A DNA stretch of 64,000 nt from Eledone cirrhosa. Lineage: Eukaryota. Numbering within the stretch: the first letter of the stretch is position 1; each line of letters starts with the position of its first letter. Under the pieces are notes generated by a model, which was given only the letters and a program-made list of their open reading frames with translations, ran no database searches and was not told the origin of the DNA. The stretch is taken from contig OZ024741.1 in assembly GCA_964016885.1 (NCBI GenBank), forward strand, positions 360,096,001 through 360,160,000, in the 5' to 3' direction. Below, one piece after another: positions 29,158 to 42,065 of the stretch. The translations under genes and the position numbers were made by a program.

Positions 29158-29529
29158 CTCTCTGTCTGTACCCACAATCCTAGAAACAACAAACTTACAA
29201 TATTATTTTTAAAATGTACTGATGCTGAAGGATGACACCGGACTGAGCCAAACTTTAGAAGCTATTACAAAATCATTGTAAAGAATATTAACAAATACTG
29301 AATTATGTTCAACAACAATGGGACTAACAGTTAAAATGTGGAATATGTTTAAATTTGTCCAAAGGTTTTGGATTTCATTTTAAACAAGGATAATATTTCA
29401 AAGTAAAAAGTAATTTTACCTTTGTGTCTGGAAATCTAATTTCATAAAATGTACAGAGTATGGATAGAAGGTTGATCCTGGTACTCCTAGCCATTGTTGT
29501 TGTTACTGTTGTTATTATTATTAAGTGTT

Positions 29530-29655
29530 ATTACAGCCTTTTATGTTCTGAGGTTAACTTTGTTTTTCATCCTTACAGGGTCAATAAAATAAAGCACAAG
29601 TAATGCAATTGGGTAATTGCTGCCCTTGTGTCAAAAGTAGAAACAATTATTATTA
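29530..29655 (+). mobile_element. SINE S1 fragment
   Basis: TTTCATCCTTACAGGGTCAATAAAATAAAG...CCTTGTGTCAAAAGTAGAAACAATTATT. Confidence 0.7.
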
Positions 29656-30394
29656 AATGCTGCTGTTGTTGTTATTGTTGTTGCTGCTGTTGTTGCTGTT
29701 GTTGGTGATGTTATTGAGTGCTATTTTCAATAAAAAATATTGCAAGGGAAAAGGATTCTTTTCCTTCTTTTTTTTTATGAAGAAATTATACAAGAATTAA
29801 GAGAGTTACTGATCCCAACTGTTTACTACTACTGTAGTTCTTTGGTTACTGTAAAATAATAAAGATATAAGTTATATGGACGAGATACTAAAGACACAGA
29901 CTATGCATACTAGATACCAAAAATACAGAGTCTGTGTACTAGTAATATATCCTATTTTTGTAAAAACAGTAGAGTATGATTTAAGGGAGATTTGACATTG
30001 TTAGTTTGTTAATAAACTGAGCAACTACATACAAGCTCTTTTGTTAGCTCATATAGGATCTTCCTGGCTGGTTTGTTCTGTGTCTGTTAATACCTATGGA
30101 CACAAAATTACAATGTCTTTTGGATCATCTTACTATCCAAAATATTTGGTATGTTTATTCATTTAGTAAAGCAACTTTACATATAATGTCTTTACTCAGT
30201 TGCTTTAGTTCAAGATCCAATATATACCTTCTCAATGTATATACCAAAACTGTTGTGTCTATTTTTCTCTTTTAATCCAAAGAACGGTTTTTTTTTTACT
30301 TGTGCTTTCTTATTAATCTATCACAGATCGCAAAAGATAGGTGATGGTAATCCAATGTATTTCTGGAAAGCAGGTTTCTAATTACAAAACTGTT

Positions 30395-30640
30395 TTAACT
30401 CTTTTGTTACCATATTTCTAATGAAATATATAAGCCTATGATTTTCAATTAATTTTTAATACAATCAAATATTTAGAGGGATTTAGTAAAAGAACTTTCT
30501 TATTATTATATTGGTGTTTAGAAGATAATGTAAGAAAACAAACAAGTCTAGTGGAAGGTTTGAATTTAAACATGTAAACAAGTTCAGTATTAAAAGAAAC
30601 AGTCCAAAAAGTGCTGGTTCATAAATAATAGTAGGGTCCA
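30395..30640. mobile_element. piggyBac-type MITE family B (degenerate)
   Basis: TTAACTCTTTTGTTACCATATTTCTAATGAAA...; homologous to 38714-38960, 52377-52633 and 53041-53493. Confidence 0.6.
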
Positions 30641-31289
30641 CTCTTAAACAGAATTTGATACTAAATTTCTTTCCATTTTGTAATCCAGAACCGATAGGTT
30701 ATGTAAATTTGTTGAAATGTTTGTTGTTAGTATCACTAATGAGTAAATGGTTGTATTATGTCAATATATTGTATAGAAGAGCTGCTCCATCTTCTGCTCA
30801 TGGCAATGTCTTGAGTCAGTTACTGTGGCTTGTATTATTGTAACTTGTAATGAGTGAAATGTGCGGTAATGATGTTTGGGAATGTACACATCAGTGGTAG
30901 CAACAGTGGTGATATGCTGGGGATGTAATGGCACTGGCTGGTAGTAACTGGAGGGATTATTGTGGCAGTGTACGGAGAATGCAGTGGTGGTGCTGTTACA
31001 AGTGATGGTATGCTGGAAATGTAATGGTTGGGATGATGGTGGTGATGTACTGGAACTGTAATGGTTGGGATGATGGTGTTGATGGGGATGATAGTGGTGG
31101 TGCTGTTGTTGGTGGTGATATTGGAGGGAGGATTTTTACCAAGATTCACTTTATAAGTCAATATTTTCCTTAAACATCAACAATTAACTAATTTCCTCTA
31201 ACTCTCCACCCCCTCCCCTTATCATTATCATCTGCCCCCTCCTCGTTCTTCAATCAAAATATGAAAAGATTAAATCATAAAGCAGACAG

Positions 31290-31572
31290 CATGTGTGTAG
31301 GTGCGCTTGTGTAGGTGCATGTGTGTAGGTGCAGGAGTGTAGGTGCATGTGTGTAGGAGAATGTGTGTAGGTGCATGTGTGTAGGTGCAGGAGTGTAGGA
31401 GAATGTGTGTAGGTGCATGTGTGTAGGTGCATGTGTGTAGGTGCATGTGTGTAGGTGCAGGAGTGTAGGTGCATGTGTGTAGGTGCATGTGTGTAGGTGC
31501 ATGTGTGTAGGAGAATGTGTGTAGGTGCATGTGTGTAGGTGCAGGAGTGTAGGAGAATGTGTGTAGGTGCAT
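31290..31572. repeat. 14-bp minisatellite (GTAGGTGCATGTGT with GTAGGTGCAGGAGT and GTAGGAGAATGTGT variants)
   Basis: About 20 tandem units of three interspersed variants. Confidence 0.92.
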
Positions 31573-31627
31573 ATGTGCATGCATTGTATGCAGAGCAGAT
31601 GTTCCTGCACATCACAAAGTTATGTGT

Positions 31628-31666
31628 GTGAGAGTGGGAGAGAGAGAGGGGGGAGAAAGAGAGAGA

Positions 31667-31697
<31 letters not shown>

Positions 31698-31776
31698 CGA
31701 AAGAGAGAGAGAGAGAGAGGGGGGGGGGGGTAGATAGATAAACACAGAGGGGAGAGAGAGAGAGAAAAGACAGAAA

Positions 31777-31828
<52 letters not shown>

Positions 31829-31832
31829 GAGA
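31628..31832. repeat. (AG)n-rich compound microsatellite
   Basis: Direct reading. Confidence 0.9.
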
Positions 31833-32655
31833 GTATATGAATATATTTGTTGCCATCAATAAAAATTACATCTGCTGGAGTTCATATCATTGCTGTTGTT
31901 ATTGTTGTTGTTGTGTTGTTACTGGTGTTGTTGATATTGTCATTGTTGTTGGAGTTATTTTTGTTGTTGCTGTTGTTATTGTTGTTAGAAAGTTATCTTT
32001 CCCCCACCTTACCACATCCCCTCTCTCTCTCTTCTTCATCTCAATTGTGCATCTTTCTCTCCCCAGCACACCCCTCCTGGCTCTTTTAACCACCCCCATC
32101 TTTACATTTTTTGCATCTTCACTTTTCATTCTTCTATTTTTCTTGACTTTTCTGTCTTTTATCCCACCACCTACAACACCACCCTCTATAATTTACCCTC
32201 TCCTCTCCCCTCCCCCACCGCATACTTTACTGTGGCCAGTCTCTGTAGAGGGACCTCCAGCTGCCATCGTAAATGAAGGTGAGTCGAGGTATGTATGGCA
32301 ATGGTAGACAGACAGACACACACATATAGGTACAGACACACACAGTCACATATGCATACCCACACATACACAATCACATACACAGACATGCATATACGAT
32401 ATACACACATGCATAAACACACATATAAGCAGGCATACATATACACAGACACACATATACTACAGCTAGACATACATAGACACACATATATTACAGCTAG
32501 ACATACATAGACACACATATACATAGATACACACATACACTCCACAATGAGTCTGAGAATCAGTTAGTGGTTGGTTTCTTCATCACACATCATTGAACAA
32601 CAGACATTAATAGATGGGGACAATACCAACAGCTTCTCCACCCAGAGCCAACTAC

Positions 32656-32770
32656 TAGGGATGCACCAATAAGTAAATTGGCTAATTACCAATTACTGAT
32701 TAATCAGCCTTGCTTTATTGGCTGATACCGATTAATAGGCTGTCAATTATCTATAATGTAATTATTTATT
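32656..32770 (+). mobile_element. Possible hAT (Ac-like) terminal fragment
   Basis: TAGGGATGCACC start followed by repeated CCGATT/ATCGG-like subterminal motifs; no matching opposite end seen. Confidence 0.3.
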
Positions 32771-33749
32771 GTGATATGAAAAAGCAGTCCTTACTATTTC
32801 CCTTCTTTTCTTGACATTTATGGCATTTATAGCCCTTTCATCTACTTTCCTATACTGCCAGATCTTCCCTTCTTTACCCTTTCCTCCTTGTTTTTTTTTC
32901 ATTACCCTTTTTAATATCTCCATCATTGTATAACTTCTGTTTGTATAATATATGTTTATAATATGTTTATATATAACAGATATCAAAATGACTAGTCTTG
33001 TAATAGTCAAGTTGTTTACCAAAATAAAAAAGTCTCTTTTTATGAAAAGAAAAAAAAGAACTAATTAATTGTATGTTAATTATTGTATTTCATAATAAAT
33101 CACAATTATAGAGCTACTATTTGGGAGCATATGATTACAAAATTAGATGGATTTTACTGTAGGAGGTAAAATACACAGAACTGCAGTTGTCTGGATCAAC
33201 ATGTTTGAGCACTAGGAACAGAGTTATATTATGCTGGTAGGGCTTAGATTGTGTGTCCTAGGAAATAATATATGTTCCTTATGTATTTCTACATGTTAAA
33301 TCTAATATGGTTTTCTGATAACCCAGTATAACATGCTTCATAGTCGAATGGTCAGTGACTAAACCGCCTTCTCCACAGCCTGGTGAGAAGGGTAAGTGGA
33401 ATCCCAGCAGCACAAAAAAACAAACAATAAAAAGAGCTGTTAAAAGATAAGATGCACTCCTCAGTGACTAAAAATCTCATATTGTCTCAGTTAGTTGTCA
33501 GTCTAAGAAGCAGTGAGCAAAGAGAAAACATTCTTCAAGCTAATGAAGTTAGCGAACTCAATTTGGAAGCTACAGTATAATTTCTACACTGTTCTTCGCA
33601 AATATCCAAGTTTTGTAACGACAATTCAAAAGAGGAGGTTATTGCTTATTCCAAAATAACTAAACAAGACAAAATAAAGAATGTAAATGATAAATCATGT
33701 TGCTGGAGAATGTCATGCTCAAACAACTAAAGAATTATATCGCATAGCA

Positions 33750-34020
33750 GAAAAGAGCCTGACTAAACATTTAAATGCTATCCTTGGAAGATTACGTGAG
33801 AAGCAAGTCAGCGTCAACAGCAAAAAGTGCATTCAAAAGAGTATAAGCATCACATTTTTAGGTTGTGTGATATCAGCAGAAGGTATTAAATCTGATAAAG
33901 GTCTCATCAACAGATCCTGGCATTAAATCATCCCAAGAACACTGGAGAACTGTGATCCTTTCTTGGACTAATTGGATACTTCGGGCAATTCATTTCAAAC
34001 TTCAGTGAGAAAACAATAAA
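33750..34020 (+). mobile_element. Ty3/gypsy LTR-retrotransposon RT fragment (relic)
   Basis: KHLNAILGRLREKQVSVNSKKC....ITFLGCVISAEGI, then after a frameshift ILALNHPKNTGEL*SFLGLIGYFGQFISNFSEK. Confidence 0.75.
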
Positions 34021-35079
34021 CATGTAGAAACTAACCACTGTAGAAACTAACCACAGACAAGTGCCTACTTGAATTTGAGAATATTTTTACCAATTGCTCC
34101 CATCGACGGGAAATTGTCAGTCTGCCCAGAACAGAATTGACTTGAGGTCAAGAGATAACAACTATAGCATCAATGTAAAGAAATCAATGAATTCCGAAGC
34201 TCCAAAGAATGGAATTGATGATATGATGATAGGAATAAACTGGCGATCCAACAGAAAGAGAATCCCACTGAAGACATGTTTATTCAGTTCCCTCTTTGTG
34301 ATAGATTGTATAAGGTAAAGGTTGTTGTGAATAAACCTGGTTAGGGTTGTATATGTCTGTGCCTTCCTGAGCACAGTTTCGACAAGTGCCAACCTCCTTC
34401 TGGCACCTTGGTCAAAGTCTTTGTCATTTTTTGAATATTTCCTTATATGTGTAGGTAATTGAACAAGGATCAGTAATTTACAAATTTTTATTTTGACACA
34501 ATGAAGCATTAAATTAAACAATTACCCAGCACTTGTTAGATAACACTCAATATGAGTTCAATATACAACATTAACAGTGGGTAAGGTGGATATGTATGTG
34601 GGGGTAAACTCTAAAGCCAGGGGCGTGCAAGAGGCGGCCCACAGGCCCGTCAACCAGTCAGAGTGGCCTGCGATTATTACCCTCTGACACAGAGAATATT
34701 ATACATGAATACATGACTATATATACTATATTACACACACACAACAACTTTTACATAGACACACCACTACCAACATCAACCCCTCCCCTCACAAAATCAT
34801 GACAACTTCTACCAAAAGAGCAATCACCTCCACCACCATCACTGTCACTGCCACCACCACCACTACCATCACTGCCACCATCACCATCATCATAATAGAC
34901 TAGATCATTACACTATCCCACTACCTTCCACCTGAAGCTCCCATTTAATTCCTCAGTGATTGAATCCCTATCACCCCCCCCCCCCCCCTCCAACTGTCTC
35001 CTGATCCCTCGGATGACTATAGTAGAAGTTCTTTTCACTGAATTAACCAACAGTAAAAACATCAATTTCATTAATAGCA

Positions 35080-35460
35080 TTCTTCTTCTTCTTCTTCTTC
35101 TTCTTCTTCTTTTCCCCCCTCCTCTTTCTGCTTCCCCCTCTGCCACCACCACCACCACCACCACCACCACCACCACCACCACCACAACTACCACCACCAC
35201 CACCACCAACACCACCATCATCATCATCATCATGTTCATCTTTGTTCAGTTTTGTGCAATAGTTACAACAGATGTTTGCTTTCACCAGTTGATAACACTG
35301 TTTTGTGTGTGTGTGTGTGTTTGTGTGTTGGAGGAGAGAAGTTTGTGTGCGTGTGTGTTTGTGTGTTGGAGGAGAGAAGTTTGTGTGTGTGTGTGTGTGT
35401 GCTTGTTTTTATAAACAGCAACAACAACAACAATAAATAAATAAACGAATAAATAAATAA
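35080..35460. repeat. Compound (CTT)n/(CAC)n/(CAT)n/(GT)n/(CAA)n/(AAAT)n microsatellites
   Basis: Direct reading. Confidence 0.9.
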
Positions 35461-35633
35461 AATACCATCAGTTTTATTTGGTCCACATTCTATATTGGTT
35501 GATTGAATAAATACAGAGAACAATCTGAAGATTATGTTGATGTTGTAGGTTGGTGGTGTGAATAGTCTTGAAATATTGATCATCTAGTTTGATGTTTAGA
35601 GGTTAAACTCCACCTAAGTGATTGTTTGGAATT

Positions 35634-36486
35634 TAATCTTTTTGACATGAAACTGCCACTGGTTTGATGATTCAAACTGTTTATTTTAAAGTATTTATAC
35701 TCATCTAAAAACCTTATTTCATAATTTTATGTAATCACATTTGTTAAGCTATGCTCAAAACACTAACTTAATCATTTCTACTTTAGGCACAAGGCCAGCA
35801 ATTATTGGGGCGGGGAATCTCGATTAAATCGACCCCAGTGGATTACCGGTATTACTCAGTCAAACGAAAATTTAACACCAAGAAATATGTAATAAATGTA
35901 ACGTAAATTTTACAATTTTTGTGTTTTTAAGTGGCAAAAATGACTCTTTCTGTCATGATAGAACATTTTAGTTATTTGTTAGCTTGGAAAGTACTGTGTC
36001 ACGTCTGATTTAAAAAACAAACATAATAATAATAATGTTTCTACTTTAAGCACAAGGCCAGCAATTAGTCCAGTGCATTACTGGTACTTTATTTTATCGA
36101 CCCCGTAAGGATGAAAGGCAAAGTTAACCTGGCGGGATTTGAACTCAGAACATAAAGGGCCATAACTCCTATGCTGCAAAGCATGGTGTCTGACACTCTA
36201 CCGATAGCACAAGGCCAGCAATTTGAAGGGAGAAGAAAGTCGATTAAATCAACCCCAGTACATTACTAGTGCTTTATTTAATCGACTCCCGTAAGGATGA
36301 AAAGTAAAGCTAACCACGGTGGAATTTGAACTTAGAACGTAAAGGGCCGTAATTAAGCATGTTGTCTGATTCTGCCAATCCAATAGTGAAAAGGTTAGTT
36401 ATTTTGCTAAACCTCTCCAAATTCGGGATTATTTTAAAAATCATCTGTATTGTTTTTCATTAGAAATATGGTAACAAAAGGATTAA
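35634..36486. mobile_element. MITE family B copy interrupted by three tandem SINE S1 copies (35774-35856, 36038-36205, 36206-36385; minus strand)
   Basis: Family B left part at 35634-35770 and right part TTTCATTAGAAATATGGTAACAAAAGGATTAA ending 36486; SINE cores and B-boxes lie between them. Confidence 0.65.
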
Positions 36487-36914
36487 AGTCACTGTCCTTT
36501 GATTTTCTTTACCTTGGGATCTAAAGATTAATTCCTTGATTGCTTCTTAATATGAATTATTTGCTAGTAATGTTTCTGTCAGAAACATTGACAAACAGAC
36601 CGGAAATAACAGGATTCAACCTTAAAACATTTAGACACCCAGTGGGACGATTTTGATTACAATTTAATCTCTTCATTTTGAAATTTAATTATGTGCTTCA
36701 TGTTTATCTGCTTTCTATTTTAATTAATTCCCATGACTAATGTTGCACTGTAATCACCTAGATACTTTAACACTAAGGTAATTAAAATTACTGCACATCT
36801 ATACTCCATGACACCTGTATGTTAGAAACACTCTACTACACCTACATTCATGATAGTTATACACCATGATAGATATATATTATACACTACACCATCAAAA
36901 CACGGTAACTGCAA

Positions 36915-37930
36915 GACACTATGACAGCTGAACACTAGGACAACAACTACACACTATGATAGCTGAACACTAGGACAACTACACACTATGATAGCTGAAC
37001 ACTAGGACAACTACACACTATGATAGCTGAACACTAGGACAACTACACACTGTGACAGCTGAACACTATGACAACTACACACTATGACAGCTGAACACTA
37101 GGACAACTACACACTATGATAGCTGAACACTAGGACAACTACATACTATGATAGCTGAACACTAGGACAACTACATACTATGATAGCTGAACACTAGGAC
37201 AACTACATACTATGATAGCTGAACACTATGACAACTACACACTATGGTAGCTGAACACTATGACAGCTACACACTATGGTAGCTGAACACTATGACAGCT
37301 ACACACTATGACAGCTACACACTATGAGAGCTACACACTATGATAGCTGAACACTAGGACAACTACATACTATGATAGCTGAACACTATGACAGCTACAC
37401 ACTATGGTAGCTGAACACTAGGACAACTACACACTATGACAGCTACACACTATGATAGCTAAACACTATGACAGCTACACACTATGACAGCTACACACTA
37501 TGACAGCTACACACTATGACAGCTACACACTATGACAGCTACACACTATGATAGCTGAACACTATGACAACTACACACTATGGTAGCTGAACACTATGAC
37601 AGCTACACACTATGACAGCTACACACTATGAGAGCTACACACTATGATAGCTGAACACTATGACAACTACACACTATGGTAGCTGAACACTATGACAGCT
37701 ACACACTATGACAGCTACACACTATGACAGCTACACACTGTGACAGCTACACACTGTGACAGCTACACACTATGACAGCTTCACACTATGACAGCTACAC
37801 ACTATGACAGCTACACACTATGACAGCTACACACTGTGACAGCTACACACTGTGACAGCTACACACTATGACAGCTTCACACTATGACAGCTACACACTG
37901 TGACAGCTACACACTATGACAGCTACACTA
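36915..37930. repeat. 16-bp minisatellite (GACAGCTACACACTAT) with a 32-bp dimeric form
   Basis: Left part GATAGCTGAACACTAG-GACAACTACACACTAT dimers, right part monomers; about 60 units. Confidence 0.95.
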
Positions 37931-38224
37931 AAAAATCTCCTTCTAAATATATTACCCCTTATCTTTCCCTCTCTATATATCCTATTCCAGTGGCTCTCAT
38001 TGACTGTTTTCCTAGATAAACATAAATTGTAGTTTCATACATTTTAAAATCTCTATAACTGTTACATTAAGCAACGTTTTTCTTACTCACACATTCTCTA
38101 TTGAATTTATTACGTTTTCGCATTTTCTCATTATTAGGGTATAAATGTTAAACTTTCTCTTAGGTTAATCACTACCTTGATTAAATCTTAACCATTTAAC
38201 ATCTCAGGGTATGTCATGTATCAT

Positions 38225-38283
38225 TATATTTTGTCTGATGAGGACGTACTGTTGTACATCCGAAATATGTATAATAAAATGTA
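38225..38283 (+). ncRNA. Minimal type I hammerhead ribozyme (Penelope/retrozyme-type)
   Basis: Stem I TATATTTTGT (38225-34) / ATAAAATGTA (38274-83), 10 bp with 2 G-U; CTGATGA 38235-41; stem II GGACGTAC-TGTT-GTACATCC with one mismatch; GAAA 38262-65; 1-bp stem III T-ATGT-A; cleavage triplet ATA 38271-73. Confidence 0.75.
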
Positions 38284-38713
38284 ATTGATCAAAAGAACAT
38301 CTATTTTATTAATATTTGTATTTTAATATTAATAACTCTGGAAAATTATTTTCCGTAGAGTGCTTCCAATCTACTGTAAAACTCATTCTTTGATATACTC
38401 ATTGAATCTTGTTTAACTCTTTAATATATGCAGACCAATGATCAAAGGTATTCCAATTTGACCATCCCATCTTTTTCACTGTGAACCTAATGCTATGATG
38501 GTGGAGTGTGTTTTAAGTGACATTTGACTGCTATTTTTAGCAGGGTTGGTTCCCATGTACAGACTCTTGTAGTGACTAGGTATAAATGGTATGTAGATGT
38601 TGATTAAAGAGAGTGTAGAATTAGTAGTGGTTTTTAATGAGATTGAAAGGAGAGTCAGAATTGTATCCACCTACAAAACCATCCTCATCATCTCATTATC
38701 ATCTAGTATCTTT

Positions 38714-38961
38714 TAACCATTTTGATATCAAACTGCCTAAAACTGTCCGTGGTTCTATCATTTGAGATTGTTTGTTTCAGTGTTTATATTCATATAAAAA
38801 ACTTTCATCATAAACAGCATTTGTTACATTAAGCTCTAAACACTTTAATAATGATAAAATTAGTCATGATTACATTTTTTTCCAATTCTTGATTATTTTC
38901 TAAATTATCTGGAAATCCAATGTAGCATCTTTCATTAGAAATATGGTAACGAAAGTATTAA
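38714..38961. mobile_element. piggyBac-type MITE family B
   Basis: TTAACCATTTTGATATC...TTTCATTAGAAATATGGTAACGAAAGTATTAA; TTAA at both ends. Confidence 0.6.
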
Positions 38962-39139
38962 AGAGAGAAAGATTCTCTGCCTCAAGTTATTATTTAGAAA
39001 GTAAAGCACAATCACTTCAACGGATACCATTAGGACTGAGACCTCTGGCGTTACACAGTAATACAGAAGACCTGAGTTCCCATCGGTACAAGTTGAAGCT
39101 GAAGTATATAGACAATATGCCCCCCACCCTCCCCTGTAA

Positions 39140-39415
39140 AGTGGTCGTAGAGGTGCTCATGACAAAATGCACCCAGTCCAAACTGTAGAGTGGTCATGTA
39201 GGCACTACGGTAAAACAGCACCCAGTACTCACTGTAAATGAGGTTGCTGTTGGGAAGGGCATCCAGCTGTAGAAACTGAGTCCAAATCAGTCCTGTATGA
39301 GTAAGACATGGTCACCTGACCTGGCATTGCCCATAATAGGACAACCTGTCTAACCCATGCTAGTGTGGAAACATTGACGTAAAACAGTGATGATGGTGAT
39401 GATGATGATGATGAT
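39140..39415 (+). mobile_element. SINE/LINE 3' fragment sharing the RTE-X tail
   Basis: GGACAACCTGTCTAACCCATGCTAGTGTGGAAACATTGACGTAAAACAG(TGA)n resembles 56870-56925. Confidence 0.65.
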
Positions 39416-40599
39416 TAACCTCACTTGTTTCAAGTGGCTCAGGTTTTGGCTTGATTTGGTCCCATTCTCTGTAACACTAGCACCAGTACTTTCCACCTTT
39501 CTGTACACATGAGACATAGACTCTCAGTGAGAGATACAGAGACAAATTTAGGCACTAGAAATGAGATGTTACTGCAACAACTTAGGCATCTCATTCATAT
39601 ACCCTTTCACAAACGAACAGGTTTGCATAGCCATCCAATTCTATCAATCCACTGCTCAGAACTGGTATTTATTTTTATCAATCCCAAAAGGATGAAAGGC
39701 AAAGTTGACCATTGTAGGATTTGAACACAGAATGCAAAGAACTGAAACAAATACCTCAGAACATCTTGTCCTTCGGTCTATCAACCCTACCATCTATTGT
39801 TGACTCAAAAACTATCCCAAGTTTTGTTCATATTAGACAACAAAAATACCTCGACTTAATTGCAATCTTTAATGAGCTAATTTTGTACAAATAGTTATTC
39901 CCGACAAACTGTTGACAGGTTTAGTTTTATTATTAACATTGTGTGAGAGGATTACACCATTCAATTCAGGTCTGGCTGTTAAATTTATGCAATTTCTCAC
40001 AATAACTACATAGTTGCAGTAGATTTTGACCTAAGAACCGATCACACCTATCAAACACACTTTCTGACACGTGACTTCACAATATAATGAGTAACCTTTG
40101 TGATACTAATATAGCTGAATCACACTCTAGTCCTATGATAGGAAAGTTCTCAGTTTTAAGTATTCACATTTCAATTAATCATAAAACTATCATAATTTTA
40201 AGTGTGACTAGTTTAAGTTACATTCCAAACACCAACTGAGTATATGACAAAGTTAGTTACTTTAATGAATCTTTCCACATTCTTCCTTTTAAAATTTAAT
40301 TGTATGTGCGTGTATATATATACACACACACATTAGCTGAGAAGTTGTAGGGGTTTGAAATACAAGGAGCGAGTGTAAAAGAACCTGAAAATGGAATGTG
40401 CTGAAGACAGCACTAATTTTGTTAACATGGATGACAGGTTAAATGAAACTGGTTGGCTATTTTGGACTGTGCTTTTGTACACACACACAAATATATATCT
40501 ACATAAACATGCGCTTATATATATATATAATCATCATCACCATTTACTTTAATTTTCCATGCTAGCATGAGTTAGATGAGTTATCTTGAATGCAATGCT

Positions 40600-42065
40600 A
40601 GGACAGTGTGTGTATGTGTATGTCCGTCGGGGCATACGTATGTACTGGCCTAAATTTTTACTATTTACTTTTACTATTTTAATAACCTCTGTCATTTTCG
40701 TTTTCAATTTTATTTACATCATTCTTAAACTCCGGGGCTGGAAATCATTCTGTTATTTTAAATAGAATATTAGTCTAACGACTCCATTTATACCATAAAC
40801 TTGGTCTTGTCTTTGCATGAAATTGTTCTTCACGCTCCACATAACGATGTATTATCCTCGCTTTTGCCCCGTTCATTGCCAGGGAACGTCTTCACGAACC
40901 AAAATATCGTCTTCCTGATTTCGTTCGGTTGCAACGTTTCTCGAAATATTTACTTCTACGTTCACAGATTACTCTCAGTTCAATTTGAATGGGAAATTCC
41001 TGTTTCATCGATTTTCTCCGTAACCATGGAAGCTTGTAGTAGCCAAAAGTTTATTAACAGCGAAATAACGTTGTCTTTGATATGTTATTTTAAATAAGAC
41101 AATGAATTGAAAAATACTACATGTATTAGAAATAAAATGAAAATGATATCTGAAAAAACGTACTTGAGAACAGGACTCCCTTCTTCGCAATTTAAGGGTT
41201 TTATTTCTTTTGATGGCAAACTGACTGTTTTTGGTTTGGCATTTCGTAAAATGGTACTGCAGAATTGATAAAACGGTACTGTATGATAGTTTACACTTTG
41301 ATTGCCCTGGTCAGCAAGAGGAGCCTCTATATATTAGATATTTATTAGAAGAGGGGGAAAAAACTAACCCCAGTATTAGAACAGGGGGTTCGCAATGTAA
41401 GGGTTTTATTTCTTTTGTTAGAAAAGTTACCTTTTTCGTTTTGGCATTTCGTAAAATTCTACTGCAGAATCGATTTCATAAAACAGTACTGTATGATCGT
41501 TATAGAATTATTTAAATTTAATATGGAGCAATTGTATTTTAAAAATGAAAATGAAACGTAATGTAGTAGCCAAAAGTTTAACAGCGAAATAACGTTGTCT
41601 TTGATATGTTTTTTTAGACAAAAGTATTAGAACAGGGGGAAATAACTCGCCGAACGCGATAGTTTTGGGACCCCAGGGACCACATTTTTCAAGTTAGAGA
41701 TTTGAAACCTCGTCTATTTATTTTTGTTTCAGAAGATCCCGTTAAGGGTGAAAGCAGCGATTCTTTGCTTAAACTTTAAACAAAAGTATTTATTTCGCGA
41801 TTTTCTTCGCACGGAAAAAAACCCCTGGTAATCTGACAAATTTTTTTTATAAGCACAAAATGTAGACACCATCCCGAGGCCGAGGTATTCTGTACTTCTC
41901 TGTAGTGTTATATATATATATATATAATTATATATTCGTGTATAGATATTTTTGCATACACAATAACAAAATATAAACAAATGTATTTATTTCACAAGGC
42001 TCGAAAAGGATAAATATATATCAAATATATAAGAACCCTAGAGCAAATCCGGGCCATTCTGCTAG
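40600..42065 (+). mobile_element. Non-autonomous Helitron (3' end clear, 5' end uncertain)
   Basis: 3' end CCCTAGAGCAAATCCGGGCCATTCTG-CTAG|T (42062-65) resembles the 3' end of the 49860 Helitron; CpG-richer body with internal duplications (41037 vs 41563, 41184 vs 41389). Confidence 0.65.

Noticed and set aside
30835-32545. His/Thr/Pro-rich and hydrophobic ORFs
   Set aside because: Low-complexity and minisatellite sequence with no splice or homology support.
34618-34675. hAT/Charlie-like left end CAGGGG... (similar CAGTAGTTTCCAAC at ~63929)
   Set aside because: Only one end is visible, with no matching TIR or TSD in the window.
36915-37930. CRISPR-like array (also 50166-50424 and 48300-48510)
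   Set aside because: Tandem units without unique spacers, no cas genes, eukaryotic context.
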